64,000 nucleotides of DNA from positions 1,024,001 to 1,088,000 of the forward strand of contig OZ220744.1 of assembly GCA_965116925.1 (NCBI GenBank). Direction: 5' to 3'. How positions within the stretch are numbered: position 1 is the stretch's first letter; every line of letters starts with the position of its first letter. Below the pieces are notes generated by a model, which searched no databases, was not told the DNA's origin, and saw only the letters and a program-made list of their open reading frames with translations. This document shows positions 1-9,945 of the stretch, piece after piece. The stretch comes from Candidatus Poribacteria bacterium (GTDB taxonomy: Bacteria; Poribacteria; WGA-4E; PCPOR2b). The translations under genes were made by a program, and so were the position numbers.

Positions 1-1
1 A

Positions 2-121
2 CATGGTGAAGAACGGATCAGATATCCGGCTTGGGCGGCACCTGTTCTCTCAAATGGATTTCTCTACCTCCGTGGAAAAGATCGACTAATCTGCTTCGAT
101 CTGATGCCTCAAGACGAGTAA
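2..121 (+). CDS. 3' end of a PQQ-binding-like beta-propeller protein (partial, runs in from window edge)
   Basis: Own translation of frame 2: HGEERIRYPAWAAPVLSNGFLYLRGKDRLICFDLMPQDE*. WAxPV..NG.LYLR..D.L.C.DL is typical of the last blade of PQQ-like propeller proteins. Confidence 0.6.
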   Translation, partial: HGEERIRYPAWAAPVLSNGFLYLRGKDRLICFDLMPQDE

Positions 122-144
122 TGAGTAGCTGAAGCAGTATATCA

Positions 145-1719
145 TTAATCAATTCGCTCACCCGCTTTCCCATTCACCAACAAACGGATAGAACGTCCAA
201 ACGTATGGACGAACAACTCCCCTTTCTCTTGAAGATGCCATCTTTCCAACAGACAGTCGTCAAACGATCGTACATCAATTTCAATCGCGTCATCAAAAAT
301 CCTCACTTTCAGATCTTCAACAATTGATTTGTGCTGATGGTCTAAGGCATCAGCAATCCGCAGAATGGCAGCCAGCCGGGTTACCTGTTCCTTTTCAGTA
401 TACGAAAGTCGCTGAAAGTGAAAATGGGAGGATTTGTTTGGGTCAGGAAATGCTTTGCGATGATAGCGGGCGATGTTGGCAACTAGTTCGAGCTGCTTTT
501 CATTGAGTCCAACGATCTCCGAATTCCGTATCAGGTAGTAGGAATGCTTGTGATGCGACAACGGGTTGACATACCCACCAATTTCATGGAGTGCTGTCGC
601 TACACTCAGGAGCAGCCGCGACTCTGAAGACAGATGATGTATCGGTTGTAGTTGATCAAACAACAGCTCTGCCAAGTAGCGAACCTGTTTGGCGTGTCCC
701 ATGTGGAAGTGATACTTGTTGCCAAGTGCCATCGCTGCTTTTATAATCTCTGCTTCTTCTGATGTCACGTCCCATGAGTTTCGGTGGCGATCCGCCATCT
801 CGGCAAGTAACCCGTCCTTGAGTCCAACATTTGCGGCATAAATCCCCCTTGCCCCAATCACATTGCTCACCACCTCCGTGAGAACGAGACCTGCGGGCAA
901 AATAACGTCCGCACGGTCCGGTGCCATGTCGTATCGCTCCATCCGTTCCTGCACACTGAGTCTCGAAATCTCTCTGACAAAACGTTGGAAATCTCGCAGT
1001 GGAATAAAACGAACATCTCTGGGAAACTCGTTGTTATCTGGATCTAGAACACCAAGCTGCTGCCCAAACTCTTCGACATTTCCGCCGGTGCCAAGCACTA
1101 TATCAATTTCGTATTGGTTGATGGCATCTAGCGTCGTTTCGAGCAGCTGTTCCATGTATGCCCTGAGCAACAGGATCTGTAGATCTGAGATAGTATCCGT
1201 CCGGAGGAAGGTCTCTTGTAGTCGCACAGTTCCTAAGCGAAGACTGTTAGAGTAAATGATTGAGCCGTGATCAATGACATCAAATTCAACACTTCCTCCA
1301 CCGATGTCGATAACTAAGGCAACCCTATTCTGGATATCGACTTTACGGGTCACGGCAAGTTGGACGAGACGTGCTTCTTCGCCACCTGAGATGCGTTCCA
1401 ATTGCACACCGGAGCTATTATAGATGCGATTTACAAGGTTATCGCCGTTGACGGCTTCGCGGGTTGCACTGGTTGCAATGGCGCGTGTGGTGTGGACCTT
1501 CATCTCCTCAATGACTTGGCGAAACTCATCAAACGCCTTGATTGCCCGTTCAATTGCTTCATCGTTTAAAAACCCAGTCAAGAAAACTTCGTGCCCCAAA
1601 CGGACGGGTGCCCGATGCTGATATATCTCCTCAATAGTTCCATCAGCTTTTACCTCAACAATTTTTAGCCGAATCGCGTTCGATCCGGCATCGATTGCGG
1701 CCAGTGTAGCACTTTCCAT
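145..1719 (-). CDS. ppx: Ppx/GppA exopolyphosphatase, long form with C-terminal HD-like domain
   Basis: AAIDAGSNAIRL, ATSATREA, EEARL, DIGGGSVE, RADVILP and GLKDG motifs; C-terminal LHEIG...HHKHSYYLI...ARYHRK. Confidence 0.93.
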   Translation of the reverse strand: MESATLAAIDAGSNAIRLKIVEVKADGTIEEIYQHRAPVRLGHEVFLTGFLNDEAIERAIKAFDEFRQVIEEMKVHTTRAIATSATREAVNGDNLVNRIYNSSGVQLERISGGEEARLVQLAVTRKVDIQNRVALVIDIGGGSVEFDVIDHGSIIYSNSLRLGTVRLQETFLRTDTISDLQILLLRAYMEQLLETTLDAINQYEIDIVLGTGGNVEEFGQQLGVLDPDNNEFPRDVRFIPLRDFQRFVREISRLSVQERMERYDMAPDRADVILPAGLVLTEVVSNVIGARGIYAANVGLKDGLLAEMADRHRNSWDVTSEEAEIIKAAMALGNKYHFHMGHAKQVRYLAELLFDQLQPIHHLSSESRLLLSVATALHEIGGYVNPLSHHKHSYYLIRNSEIVGLNEKQLELVANIARYHRKAFPDPNKSSHFHFQRLSYTEKEQVTRLAAILRIADALDHQHKSIVEDLKVRIFDDAIEIDVRSFDDCLLERWHLQEKGELFVHTFGRSIRLLVNGKAGERID

Positions 1720-1930
1720 ATCTTCTCCTTATGTCTGTATATGGCAAAATAGTAGGTTATTCCATAGCTGATTGTCAAGGTAAGAATTGCTTGGGTTTTC
1801 CCTCCAAGCTGTGCTAAAATAGCCAGAATTGTAGTAGTAGGCATATTGCTTTGAATTCCAAATATGATACCTAAAGCATGATACATAAGGAAAAAATTAC
1901 GCATTACGTATTATTTTTTTAGGCACAAAC

Positions 1931-4255
1931 ATGACCTTCAAATTTCTTTCTTATTGGTGTTGGTTCGTTGCGTTGACGTTCTTAGCGTTAATTCTCGCAA
2001 ATACCCCCCTGCTTAATCTGCTCGCGTTTGAATTTTGTGCGGTCCTGGCTTTCGGAATTTCATTTGCAGGGACGCATACTGCTATAACGGGTGTTGCCAA
2101 CCTTAGACAGCGCACACAATCGTTGAGAGGCACCGCTGCTCAAATGGTTATGTCGACTTTCTGGCGGGCGTTTGGGATCAACCTGACATTACTGGTCACG
2201 CCGTTAATCATCATTTTACTGAATGCCTTCCGCGTTAAAAATTGCGATTTTTTGGAAGGGTTCGCCTTCTTTCTCCTTCTGCCCGTCGTCAGTTGTGCGT
2301 ATGCCACTGCTTTGGGTATATTCTTCGGGTTATGGTTAAAACGACGTTGGCTGGCGTATCTCGCTTATCTTGCTTACATCTTTGTTACGCTCCTTGCCCT
2401 TGCCTACAACCTCATCTTTCACCCGCCTATCTTCGGTTACCACTCAACCTTCGGCTACTTCCCGGGCCCCATCTACGACGAGCGTATCGTAATATCCGGG
2501 ACCCTACTAATCGCGCGGGGTACAACGCTGCTGTTGGCATGGATTTTCCTATCGCTTGCGATTAACACATTGGAAATTGGCAGGCATACCCGATTGGAGC
2601 CAACCCTCTATTGGCGAAAACTGTACCGATTCAAGCCGCAGTTTGAAGACCTAAACCACCGAATTCGCCTCATCGTGCTGATAATCCTGTTTGGGCTAAT
2701 CTACCTGTTTCGCGGAGAGTTGGGATTGCGTCCTACGCGAGGATACATCGAAAACAAATTAGGCGGACTGGAAGAGACGGCGCATTTCAAAATTTACTAC
2801 GAGAAGGGATCGAGGGTTGAAAAGGAGATCGAGTGGATTGCACAAGATCACGAGTTTCGCTATGCACAGTTGATCCGTTACTTTCAGATACACCCCACCA
2901 AGAAGGTTCAGTCCTATATCTACACTTCACCTGAACAGAAGAAGCGACTCATGGGAGCGCGAGGCACATCGGTTGAAGATCCACTTGGGTATGGTTTTCA
3001 TATCAACTACGAGGATTTCCCCCATCCGGTCATGAAGCATGAGTTAGCGCACGTTTTGACAGCGGACTGGCATCCGGTTTTGAAGGTGAGCATCAAAATT
3101 GGACTGCATGAAGGCATCGCTGTTGCCGCGGATTGGGATGAAGGGAAGTTGACAGCACATCAGTGGAGTCAGGCGATGCATCGGTTAGACATCGCCCCGA
3201 AAATGAGCCAGATTATGGGTATCGGTTTTTGGACGCAAGCCTCTTCGCAGAGTTATACGTTGGCGGGTTCTTTTGTCCGATTTCTCGTTGAAAAATATGG
3301 GGTCGAAAAAGCCAAACGAGTTTTTCCAACGGGGAATTTTGAGGAGGTCTACAATAAATCGTTAGCCAAACTCGAACAGGAGTGGATGGACTTTCTGAAA
3401 ACGGTTCCGCTGACGGAGGCGGATCTGGCTATCGCAGAACATCGCTTCAACCGTTCAAGTGTCTTCCAGAAACCGTGCGCCCATGAAATCGCTCAGCTCT
3501 CTTCCGAGGCGTGGCGAGCGTATTACCGAACGGATATGAGCACAGCGATTCGCCTGTTCGAGCAGATCTACCGATTTGATCCAGAGAATCCGCGCCATTT
3601 ACGCGGACTCATGTATGCACACTATCAAGCCGAAGATTACCCTTCAACCTTGGAGTGGACATCGAGAATCATTGCACATCCCGGGGCGAGTATGAGCCGG
3701 GTTGCAGAGGCGAAAAATGTGGAAGGGAACGTCTATTGGCAGCGAGGGGAACGTGAGGATGCCCTTGCACAATATCAAGAGGTTTTTGCACTGCACACTT
3801 CTGATGCTCTTAATCGAGAGGCACAAGCCAAGCTCGCAACACTTGTCCTCGACTCGCCTGATGTGGAGGATAAAATCAGGCAGGTACTTGTCGGGCAACC
3901 ATCAAACCGACTCAAGATGACACTGCTCCACGAGGTGATCGATGCGCTGCCGGAGTGGGGATTGGGTCACTATTTGATAGGGCGACAACTCTATTTTGAT
4001 CAGGAGTATGCTGCATCAAACCAATATCTGTTGACGGCTGCTGATTTGGGGCTACCACACCAGAAATTAGCCGTTGAAAACATAAGGCTTATCGGCGTGA
4101 ACTCGTATCGGCTTGGACAATATGATGACGCTATAGAGCAGTTTAGCCGGATTGCTACCGACAACACACAACCCCTTGGAGTCATTCACCGTGCGGAAGA
4201 TTGGATTGAACGGTGCGAATGGGCAACAGAGCAACTGAGCCAATCAGCGAATTAA
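1931..4255 (+). CDS. Multi-pass membrane protein with gluzincin-like metallopeptidase domain and C-terminal TPR repeats
   Basis: About 7 hydrophobic segments in the first 265 aa; HELAH followed by LHEGIA; SYTLAGSFVRFL; TPR-like helices at the C-terminus. Confidence 0.7.
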   Translation: MTFKFLSYWCWFVALTFLALILANTPLLNLLAFEFCAVLAFGISFAGTHTAITGVANLRQRTQSLRGTAAQMVMSTFWRAFGINLTLLVTPLIIILLNAFRVKNCDFLEGFAFFLLLPVVSCAYATALGIFFGLWLKRRWLAYLAYLAYIFVTLLALAYNLIFHPPIFGYHSTFGYFPGPIYDERIVISGTLLIARGTTLLLAWIFLSLAINTLEIGRHTRLEPTLYWRKLYRFKPQFEDLNHRIRLIVLIILFGLIYLFRGELGLRPTRGYIENKLGGLEETAHFKIYYEKGSRVEKEIEWIAQDHEFRYAQLIRYFQIHPTKKVQSYIYTSPEQKKRLMGARGTSVEDPLGYGFHINYEDFPHPVMKHELAHVLTADWHPVLKVSIKIGLHEGIAVAADWDEGKLTAHQWSQAMHRLDIAPKMSQIMGIGFWTQASSQSYTLAGSFVRFLVEKYGVEKAKRVFPTGNFEEVYNKSLAKLEQEWMDFLKTVPLTEADLAIAEHRFNRSSVFQKPCAHEIAQLSSEAWRAYYRTDMSTAIRLFEQIYRFDPENPRHLRGLMYAHYQAEDYPSTLEWTSRIIAHPGASMSRVAEAKNVEGNVYWQRGEREDALAQYQEVFALHTSDALNREAQAKLATLVLDSPDVEDKIRQVLVGQPSNRLKMTLLHEVIDALPEWGLGHYLIGRQLYFDQEYAASNQYLLTAADLGLPHQKLAVENIRLIGVNSYRLGQYDDAIEQFSRIATDNTQPLGVIHRAEDWIERCEWATEQLSQSAN

Positions 4256-4374
4256 CTAGTACACTGTCAGGCAAATTATGATTGTCTATATGGATTGAGA
4301 CTCATAATACTTCGTAGGGGTCGGGTCACCCGACCCCCTTGTTGATATGCAAAACTTATATGACTGAGTACTAG
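4256..4374. mobile_element. 119-bp MITE-like element with CTAG ends carrying a GTAG REP hairpin
   Basis: Left end CTAGTACACTGTCA vs reverse complement of right end CTAGTACTCAGTCA (12/14); internal GTAGGGGTCGGGTCACCCGACCCC hairpin at 4314-4337. Confidence 0.6.
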
Positions 4375-4408
4375 GTTCTGTTAATTTTCACGTTTCACGG
4401 TTTTATGT

Positions 4409-5629
4409 CTACCAGCTATCAATGAAATCCTCCACATCGAAATCGGCGGGCATGTCAGTTAGCAATAACCGGTCTGGTCGAAACTCTAGGTTAGGAACAG
4501 ACCGGTCTATCTCCTCCTGCATTTTATCATAAAGCGTCCGAAACCGATTCCAAAGTAGGTCAGCCTCTTCTGCCGAGAAGCGGCGCGAAAAGCCCTCGAA
4601 CAGATAGAAATTGAGCCGGTGTTCTGAAATTGCATCTACACGTGCCTCAAACGGCAGGTTAGCAACATCCGGCTGTTTCAATGTGCGGGTCTTTTCCACC
4701 AACTTGGATAGATAGACCACACATACCATCCGCCACGCTTCGCCGGGATGGAGCATTGCAAGTCCATTGCGGAATGCCGCCGCATTTTTAGTGAGGATGG
4801 CGCGAAACGTAGATTCAATCACATCGCACTGCTGTTCGTGCAGGTGGTAGAAATGCTCAAACTGTTCTCGCGTCTCTTGGGGCATACGCTTCGTGAAATC
4901 TGGATGCCAATAGAAGTGGTTGACCAAAGGATAAATAGGACCGCCGAAAGAGCGGTAACCGAGATGCACCGTCCGCCGTAATTTCGCGCTGTAGTTACTC
5001 CCCCAATGCAACATCATGTGGATATAAACGATACCGTCACCGGCGTTAAGTTCCACCGGCATCCCGCCCGGTATTGGCTCCCGCCCCTTCGTGGCCAGGT
5101 GTTGATTTTCCACTTCTGTGTTGGGGCGTTTGTGACTTTTCGGCACGACCCAAAATACGCTGTCATCATAGAGAGGGATGTTCCATTGAACGTAAGCCGG
5201 TGCATTGTCAATCACATCCATCTGCATACCTCGTAGCGGTGCCTGCCCAACGGGATCGATGTCGCGATGCCAGCTAGCCGGACCGTGATCTCGCACCGGG
5301 CTGCACATAAGTGCCATCAGCGTTGGGGAAGCCTCCGGTGCCTGCATCAGTTGACGGCTAACGCCCAAAGTATTTTCGTGCAAGCAAAGCTCCACCGCTT
5401 TAGCGGTTGTCTCATCAGCGACACCATCAAAGAATACACGCGGTTGCGCCGCGGTTTCCCAATAGCCTCCCGGTGGATCGTCAGGTTGGCGTTCCTCCGC
5501 CCAGATGACCTTCTGTCGTTCAACTAGCGTCTCGAAACAGTCGCGCAGTTCTTCTAGCTGCCCCGGCGGAATGACCTCGCGCAGGATGATATAGCCATCG
5601 TCAAGCAGCTGTTGTGGATTGACTTGCAT
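4409..5629 (-). CDS. Phytanoyl-CoA dioxygenase (PhyH) family protein with C-terminal extension
   Basis: DGYIILREVI, WHRD, VVPKSHK, GDG...LHWG: the HxD...H facial triad. Confidence 0.85.
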   Translation of the reverse strand: MQVNPQQLLDDGYIILREVIPPGQLEELRDCFETLVERQKVIWAEERQPDDPPGGYWETAAQPRVFFDGVADETTAKAVELCLHENTLGVSRQLMQAPEASPTLMALMCSPVRDHGPASWHRDIDPVGQAPLRGMQMDVIDNAPAYVQWNIPLYDDSVFWVVPKSHKRPNTEVENQHLATKGREPIPGGMPVELNAGDGIVYIHMMLHWGSNYSAKLRRTVHLGYRSFGGPIYPLVNHFYWHPDFTKRMPQETREQFEHFYHLHEQQCDVIESTFRAILTKNAAAFRNGLAMLHPGEAWRMVCVVYLSKLVEKTRTLKQPDVANLPFEARVDAISEHRLNFYLFEGFSRRFSAEEADLLWNRFRTLYDKMQEEIDRSVPNLEFRPDRLLLTDMPADFDVEDFIDSW

Positions 5630-5667
5630 AGTTCGTTTTCCTTTCGTTTCAGAGGTGACGAATTTAA

Positions 5668-6075
5668 CTACACCTTCGACTCTAGAATCTGCATCACCTC
5701 AAAGACAAGACCGTTAGGCGATCTGTAAAAGGAGATTCGGCGTGACCCAAAATCGGTGCTAATCTCCACCGGTTCTATGAGCACTTCTGTGCCTAACGCT
5801 ATAAGCTGTTGGTATGCCTCGTCCAAGTTATCAACCTCAAACACTGCATGGGTCAGTCCCGGCATAAGCGGATGGTTAAGTGCCTCCTGAAAGACCGGTT
5901 TCGGTGTCAGAAAGAGACGGGTCCCACCGAACTCTAGCAACGCATGGGGATGGTCCCCATCCTCTCTAATGCGTGAACCACGACTGAGCAGTTTGGCACC
6001 CAATTCCTCAAAAAAACTGATTTCCGTCTCCAGATCTTCAACCTTGATGCCGATATTCCAAAGGCTTGCCTCCAT
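5668..6075 (-). CDS. VOC / glyoxalase family protein
   Basis: IGIKVEDLE...FF..LG, HAVFEVDNLD, FYRSPNGLVFEVMQ. Confidence 0.85.
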   Translation of the reverse strand: MEASLWNIGIKVEDLETEISFFEELGAKLLSRGSRIREDGDHPHALLEFGGTRLFLTPKPVFQEALNHPLMPGLTHAVFEVDNLDEAYQQLIALGTEVLIEPVEISTDFGSRRISFYRSPNGLVFEVMQILESKV

Positions 6076-6087
6076 TGTTGGTTCTCC

Positions 6088-7170
6088 TTATCGATATACA
6101 GACGACCGGGTGATATACGCCTTGGTGATGTCAATGATGAGTGCAATGTCGTCACGTGCATCTACGATTGAAGAACGTGAGGGAGTGCCTTGCGTGATAC
6201 ACTGGCGGAAGTGCCGCAGCTCACGGGTGAACCCACTTTCCCACGGAATTGCTGGCTCCTTGTAAAAGCTGTTCCCATCTGTATCGATCCCCTGCACCAC
6301 TAACTTTGTAAGCACTCGACGCGAAAAGCCGGTTGGGTAGGAAAGGATAACTCGCTTTTCTTCGCTGTATATCTCAAGGGTCTGCTTGAAATCCCATAAC
6401 TTGTTGAGATCGACTCGACTGACGACGCAACGCGCTCCGTTGGGATATTCCAAGATAGTCGTTATTGCTCGGCGATCATTCCAGATCTCTGTGCTGATGA
6501 CGGCGCTCGGTACACCTAGCATAGTTCGTAGGCTGTAAAGGTCGTGAATGAGACCGTAGGCGATGCCGCAAGATTCAGCCTTCTCAAAGAGATCTCCGAA
6601 CGCTTCACGCCGGGCGGCTCTAGATGCTTCCTGCCGTTCCATCATGACAGCGGGTGGCAGATCATTGAACCGCTTGACCTTAAAATGGCTTAGGTGGAGC
6701 TCATTGCTCGGATGCAGATGATTTGTCTGCACAAATTTGATATCGTCCATGGTATCGACTTCGTGTTTCGCCATTTCAAAGGCGGGTTCGTATACCTTCA
6801 TGTATCCTGCTTGCCCCACCTTTCCCGATTTTCGCATTGCATCAATCATGGCATCGGCTTCCTGCAAAGAGGTGCAGATCGGTTTTTCAATGAAGACATG
6901 CTTTCCCGCTTCAAAGGCTTCCACGGCTGCCTCAGTCTTGGGATCCGTGTGGCAGAGCAGAACCGCGTCGATATCCGCCGCTAGCATATCCCGAATATCT
7001 GTCGCATATTTAGAAATTTTGAACCGTCGGGCTACATATTCTGCCTGTCCCGGTGATACGTCGCAGACGATGGGCACTTCAAATTCGTCGTCAAGTTCAA
7101 GCAAGTTGGGAAGGTGCTGAACTTGAGCAATTGCACCGCATCCAACAACGCCAATTCGTACTGTTGACAT
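6088..7170 (-). CDS. Gfo/Idh/MocA family oxidoreductase
   Basis: RIGVVGCGAIA Rossmann motif and GKHVFIEKP; start placed at MSTVRIG, which has a GGAGG SD. Confidence 0.9.
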   Translation of the reverse strand: MSTVRIGVVGCGAIAQVQHLPNLLELDDEFEVPIVCDVSPGQAEYVARRFKISKYATDIRDMLAADIDAVLLCHTDPKTEAAVEAFEAGKHVFIEKPICTSLQEADAMIDAMRKSGKVGQAGYMKVYEPAFEMAKHEVDTMDDIKFVQTNHLHPSNELHLSHFKVKRFNDLPPAVMMERQEASRAARREAFGDLFEKAESCGIAYGLIHDLYSLRTMLGVPSAVISTEIWNDRRAITTILEYPNGARCVVSRVDLNKLWDFKQTLEIYSEEKRVILSYPTGFSRRVLTKLVVQGIDTDGNSFYKEPAIPWESGFTRELRHFRQCITQGTPSRSSIVDARDDIALIIDITKAYITRSSVYR

Positions 7171-7202
7171 ACTGTTTTCCTCCATTTTGCAGGCTACGGA
7201 TT

Positions 7203-7856
7203 TCAACGATAAGTGCGAAGTGTTCCCGCTCGTGGGGTGAGCGTGTTCCATTCTGCGGCCATTTCATTGACCTTTTTGAAAGTCTCTAACAGAGGTTCCC
7301 ACATGACATCTCGTATCTCGGCAGCAGCTTTCTCGTCTCCCGCTGCCAATGCCTGTTTGAGGGCGGCCGCCATCTGCTCTTGGATCTGGGCACTGTTCTG
7401 CGCCATGTCTGCCACTGATCGCGCTGTATTAACATGATGGTCAATAAGCGCGTCAATCGGCGTGGTGGAATCTGTCTCCGTGTCATAGTCGCTGGACGGT
7501 CTGAACTGGGGTGGGAGACGTTCTCCATTGTCAGAATACTGGGTGTGGGTCGGTTGAATATGAGGTGTCACCGAGAGATACATATACACCGGTTCATTCC
7601 CAAGAACGCGCACCGAATGAGGTTCGTCCGCGAGGGCATAGCACATTTGTCCCGGGCCTAGCTCTTTGGTTTCGCCGTTAATCCTGAATTCTACCCGTCC
7701 CGCCAGAATGATAAAGATCTCATGGCCCAAATCGTGGGTGTGATACTTATCAAGCGAGCCCGGCCCCGGCTCCATGCGACAAAAGCGAGCTCGTATCTGT
7801 GGGGTCACTAGGATATTGCGGATGTCTTTGCGACAGTCATAGACCGTGAAACCCAT
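7203..7856 (-). CDS. Cupin domain protein with helical C-terminal extension
   Basis: HTHDLGHEIF.IL.G and DEPHSV cupin motifs 1 and 2. Confidence 0.8.
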   Translation of the reverse strand: MGFTVYDCRKDIRNILVTPQIRARFCRMEPGPGSLDKYHTHDLGHEIFIILAGRVEFRINGETKELGPGQMCYALADEPHSVRVLGNEPVYMYLSVTPHIQPTHTQYSDNGERLPPQFRPSSDYDTETDSTTPIDALIDHHVNTARSVADMAQNSAQIQEQMAAALKQALAAGDEKAAAEIRDVMWEPLLETFKKVNEMAAEWNTLTPRAGTLRTYR

Positions 7857-7896
7857 GGTTCTCTCCTCCTTGAAATAGTTAGTTGATCAAAAATTT

Positions 7897-9174
7897 CTAG
7901 CTCACGGACACATCAAGACCGAGAGCAACATCAATGTCCACCTGATACTCCCGAACTTCGCCGGACAATACGCTTTCCATACTCACAGAGCGTTCAGCCA
8001 AAGCGGATTCGTATGCTCCAACTATTGCTGCAACCGCCTTCATGCCGCCTTCACCGTCTACTTCGGAGCTTGTTCCGTTACGAATTGCCTCGCCGAAATC
8101 GTGATATTCAATGGCTAAATGTTTGGCGTCAACCGCGATACCGGGGTCAGGCGCGTCTGCTGGAGGTTCGTATTCAACGCCCCCTTTGCCAAAAAAACGC
8201 TCGGTTATTTCGTTGAGTTCAAATTGAGGCAGAAGCGACAGGATCTCTTTTCCTTTTAGTTCCCGTCCTTCTAGACGTAGCACGACTGGTCTGCCGTTGC
8301 GGTCTCCGGGGGCGTATACGGCTCCCCAACGACCATGGACACTCCGTTCCCAACCTTGACTGCCGCGCCCACCACCGACATACGAGAGTTGAACAATAGC
8401 CCCTGATGCCATTGTGTACAACGCAATGACGGAATCCTCACCGGTCGCTTCGACGGTTTCCGGGTAAGTTTTGACACGTTCTCGGTAGGAAATTAGTGGA
8501 TGATCGGCGTGATCTGGCTTGCGGCGCACAGGCTCAACGATAAGCCCTCGACCAAAGATCTGGCTATATTCACCCATGTAGTAGCGGATAATGTCGGCGT
8601 AGTGAACCCCCATATCCAGGCCGATCGCACCTTTCTCCTTGAGGTGTCGCCAAGGGGTGATAGCCATCGTATCACCGCCACCGAGAGATGTCTGAATCAT
8701 GAGGTAAGGGTCACCCAACAGCCCGTGATCGATAATCGATTGCACCAGTCGGTTGGGCGTGTCCCTGCGATAGTTTTCCGCCGTTGCGAGTACTGCACCA
8801 CTGTGCTGGGCGGCATCAATCATCGCCTGACAGGCACGTATCGTAATTCCCAACGGCTTCTCAACCATCGTATGCTTCCCCGCCTCCAGTGCCGGCACGC
8901 CAACCTCGTGGTGGGTTGAACCGTCGGTGACGACATCCACAGCCGCGATATTGGGATGGGTGAGGACCTGATCTAAATCGGTGAAAACCATTGGCTTCCT
9001 GCCAAGTAGACGCTCTGCCTCGTTTGCTACTAATTCCGCGTTCTCCTGCCGAATATCACAGACAGCTACCAAATCGAGGTTGCCGATACCGCTATCCTTT
9101 AGTTCTTTATAACCCATGACATGTCGATGTCCCATGCCACCGCAACCCACTAGGCAGATTGGAACCTTTTCCAT
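7897..9174 (-). CDS. Gfo/Idh/MocA family oxidoreductase
   Basis: LVGCGGMG, GKHTMVEKP, DMGVHYAD. Confidence 0.9.
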   Translation of the reverse strand: MEKVPICLVGCGGMGHRHVMGYKELKDSGIGNLDLVAVCDIRQENAELVANEAERLLGRKPMVFTDLDQVLTHPNIAAVDVVTDGSTHHEVGVPALEAGKHTMVEKPLGITIRACQAMIDAAQHSGAVLATAENYRRDTPNRLVQSIIDHGLLGDPYLMIQTSLGGGDTMAITPWRHLKEKGAIGLDMGVHYADIIRYYMGEYSQIFGRGLIVEPVRRKPDHADHPLISYRERVKTYPETVEATGEDSVIALYTMASGAIVQLSYVGGGRGSQGWERSVHGRWGAVYAPGDRNGRPVVLRLEGRELKGKEILSLLPQFELNEITERFFGKGGVEYEPPADAPDPGIAVDAKHLAIEYHDFGEAIRNGTSSEVDGEGGMKAVAAIVGAYESALAERSVSMESVLSGEVREYQVDIDVALGLDVSVS

Positions 9175-9435
9175 TTTGATCTCCTTGCTATAGTTTTTCT
9201 CTGATCTGAAGTATCTGCATTTGAAGGGTCAGCGTGCTAAAAACATAAGCTCGGGTGCGATGAGCTGAACAATCAGGGAGAGAACAATGGTGAGTAAAAA
9301 ACTGACAGGAGAAGGTGATGAGAGAAACACAAAGGGAATCTGTGCACGCTTCACGTCTGGGTTAAAACGGAGCTCGTAATACCATCGCTGAAAGCATCAA
9401 GATGGCACGCCCGATAGACACTCTTTGTGTGCTGT

Positions 9436-9927
9436 CTATCGGGCAGTTGGTGCTTCTTCCAATTGAGCGTACTGTCCACTATAGAAGATAAGTGGCTCGC
9501 CATTGTGAGTTTCACCTGCAAGGGGTTCGCCAATGAACATATCGTGGTCGCCGGCGGGAGCGACTTCAACAACCCGGCAGTCTATATAAGCGAGCGCATC
9601 AACGAAAATAGGAGCCCCGGTTTCCGCTTCAGTCAGCTCTAAGTCCGAGAAATCCTTGGGTCCCGGCTTCGCAAACCGACGGGAAAGCTCTTCTTGGTCG
9701 TGCTTAAGCACATTTATCGCATAACACTGACCTTGCGTCAAGTGTCCGTGCATATTGCTCTGACGGTCTACGGAAACCACGACTAGCGGCGGATCAAGCG
9801 ATAGAGACATGACAGCGTTTGCCGTCATGCCCGAAATCTGTTCTCCATACCGTGTTGTTACAACCGTGACCCCTGTTGCAAAACGGCCCATAATCTGCCT
9901 TTGAAGCATCGGATCAAACGCCATCAT
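9436..9927 (-). CDS. Flavin reductase (HpaC/DIM6/NTAB family)
   Basis: FATGVTVVT, GMTANA.MSLSLDPPL, AGDH.MFIGE, PLIFY.G.Y. Confidence 0.93.
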   Translation of the reverse strand: MMAFDPMLQRQIMGRFATGVTVVTTRYGEQISGMTANAVMSLSLDPPLVVVSVDRQSNMHGHLTQGQCYAINVLKHDQEELSRRFAKPGPKDFSDLELTEAETGAPIFVDALAYIDCRVVEVAPAGDHDMFIGEPLAGETHNGEPLIFYSGQYAQLEEAPTAR

Positions 9928-9945
9928 TTTTCTCCTTGTCTGTTC

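Noticed and set aside
9175..9435. Possible small hydrophobic ORF on the minus strand (VKRAQIPF...MFLAR)
   Set aside because: No clear SD or recognisable homology; could be chance.
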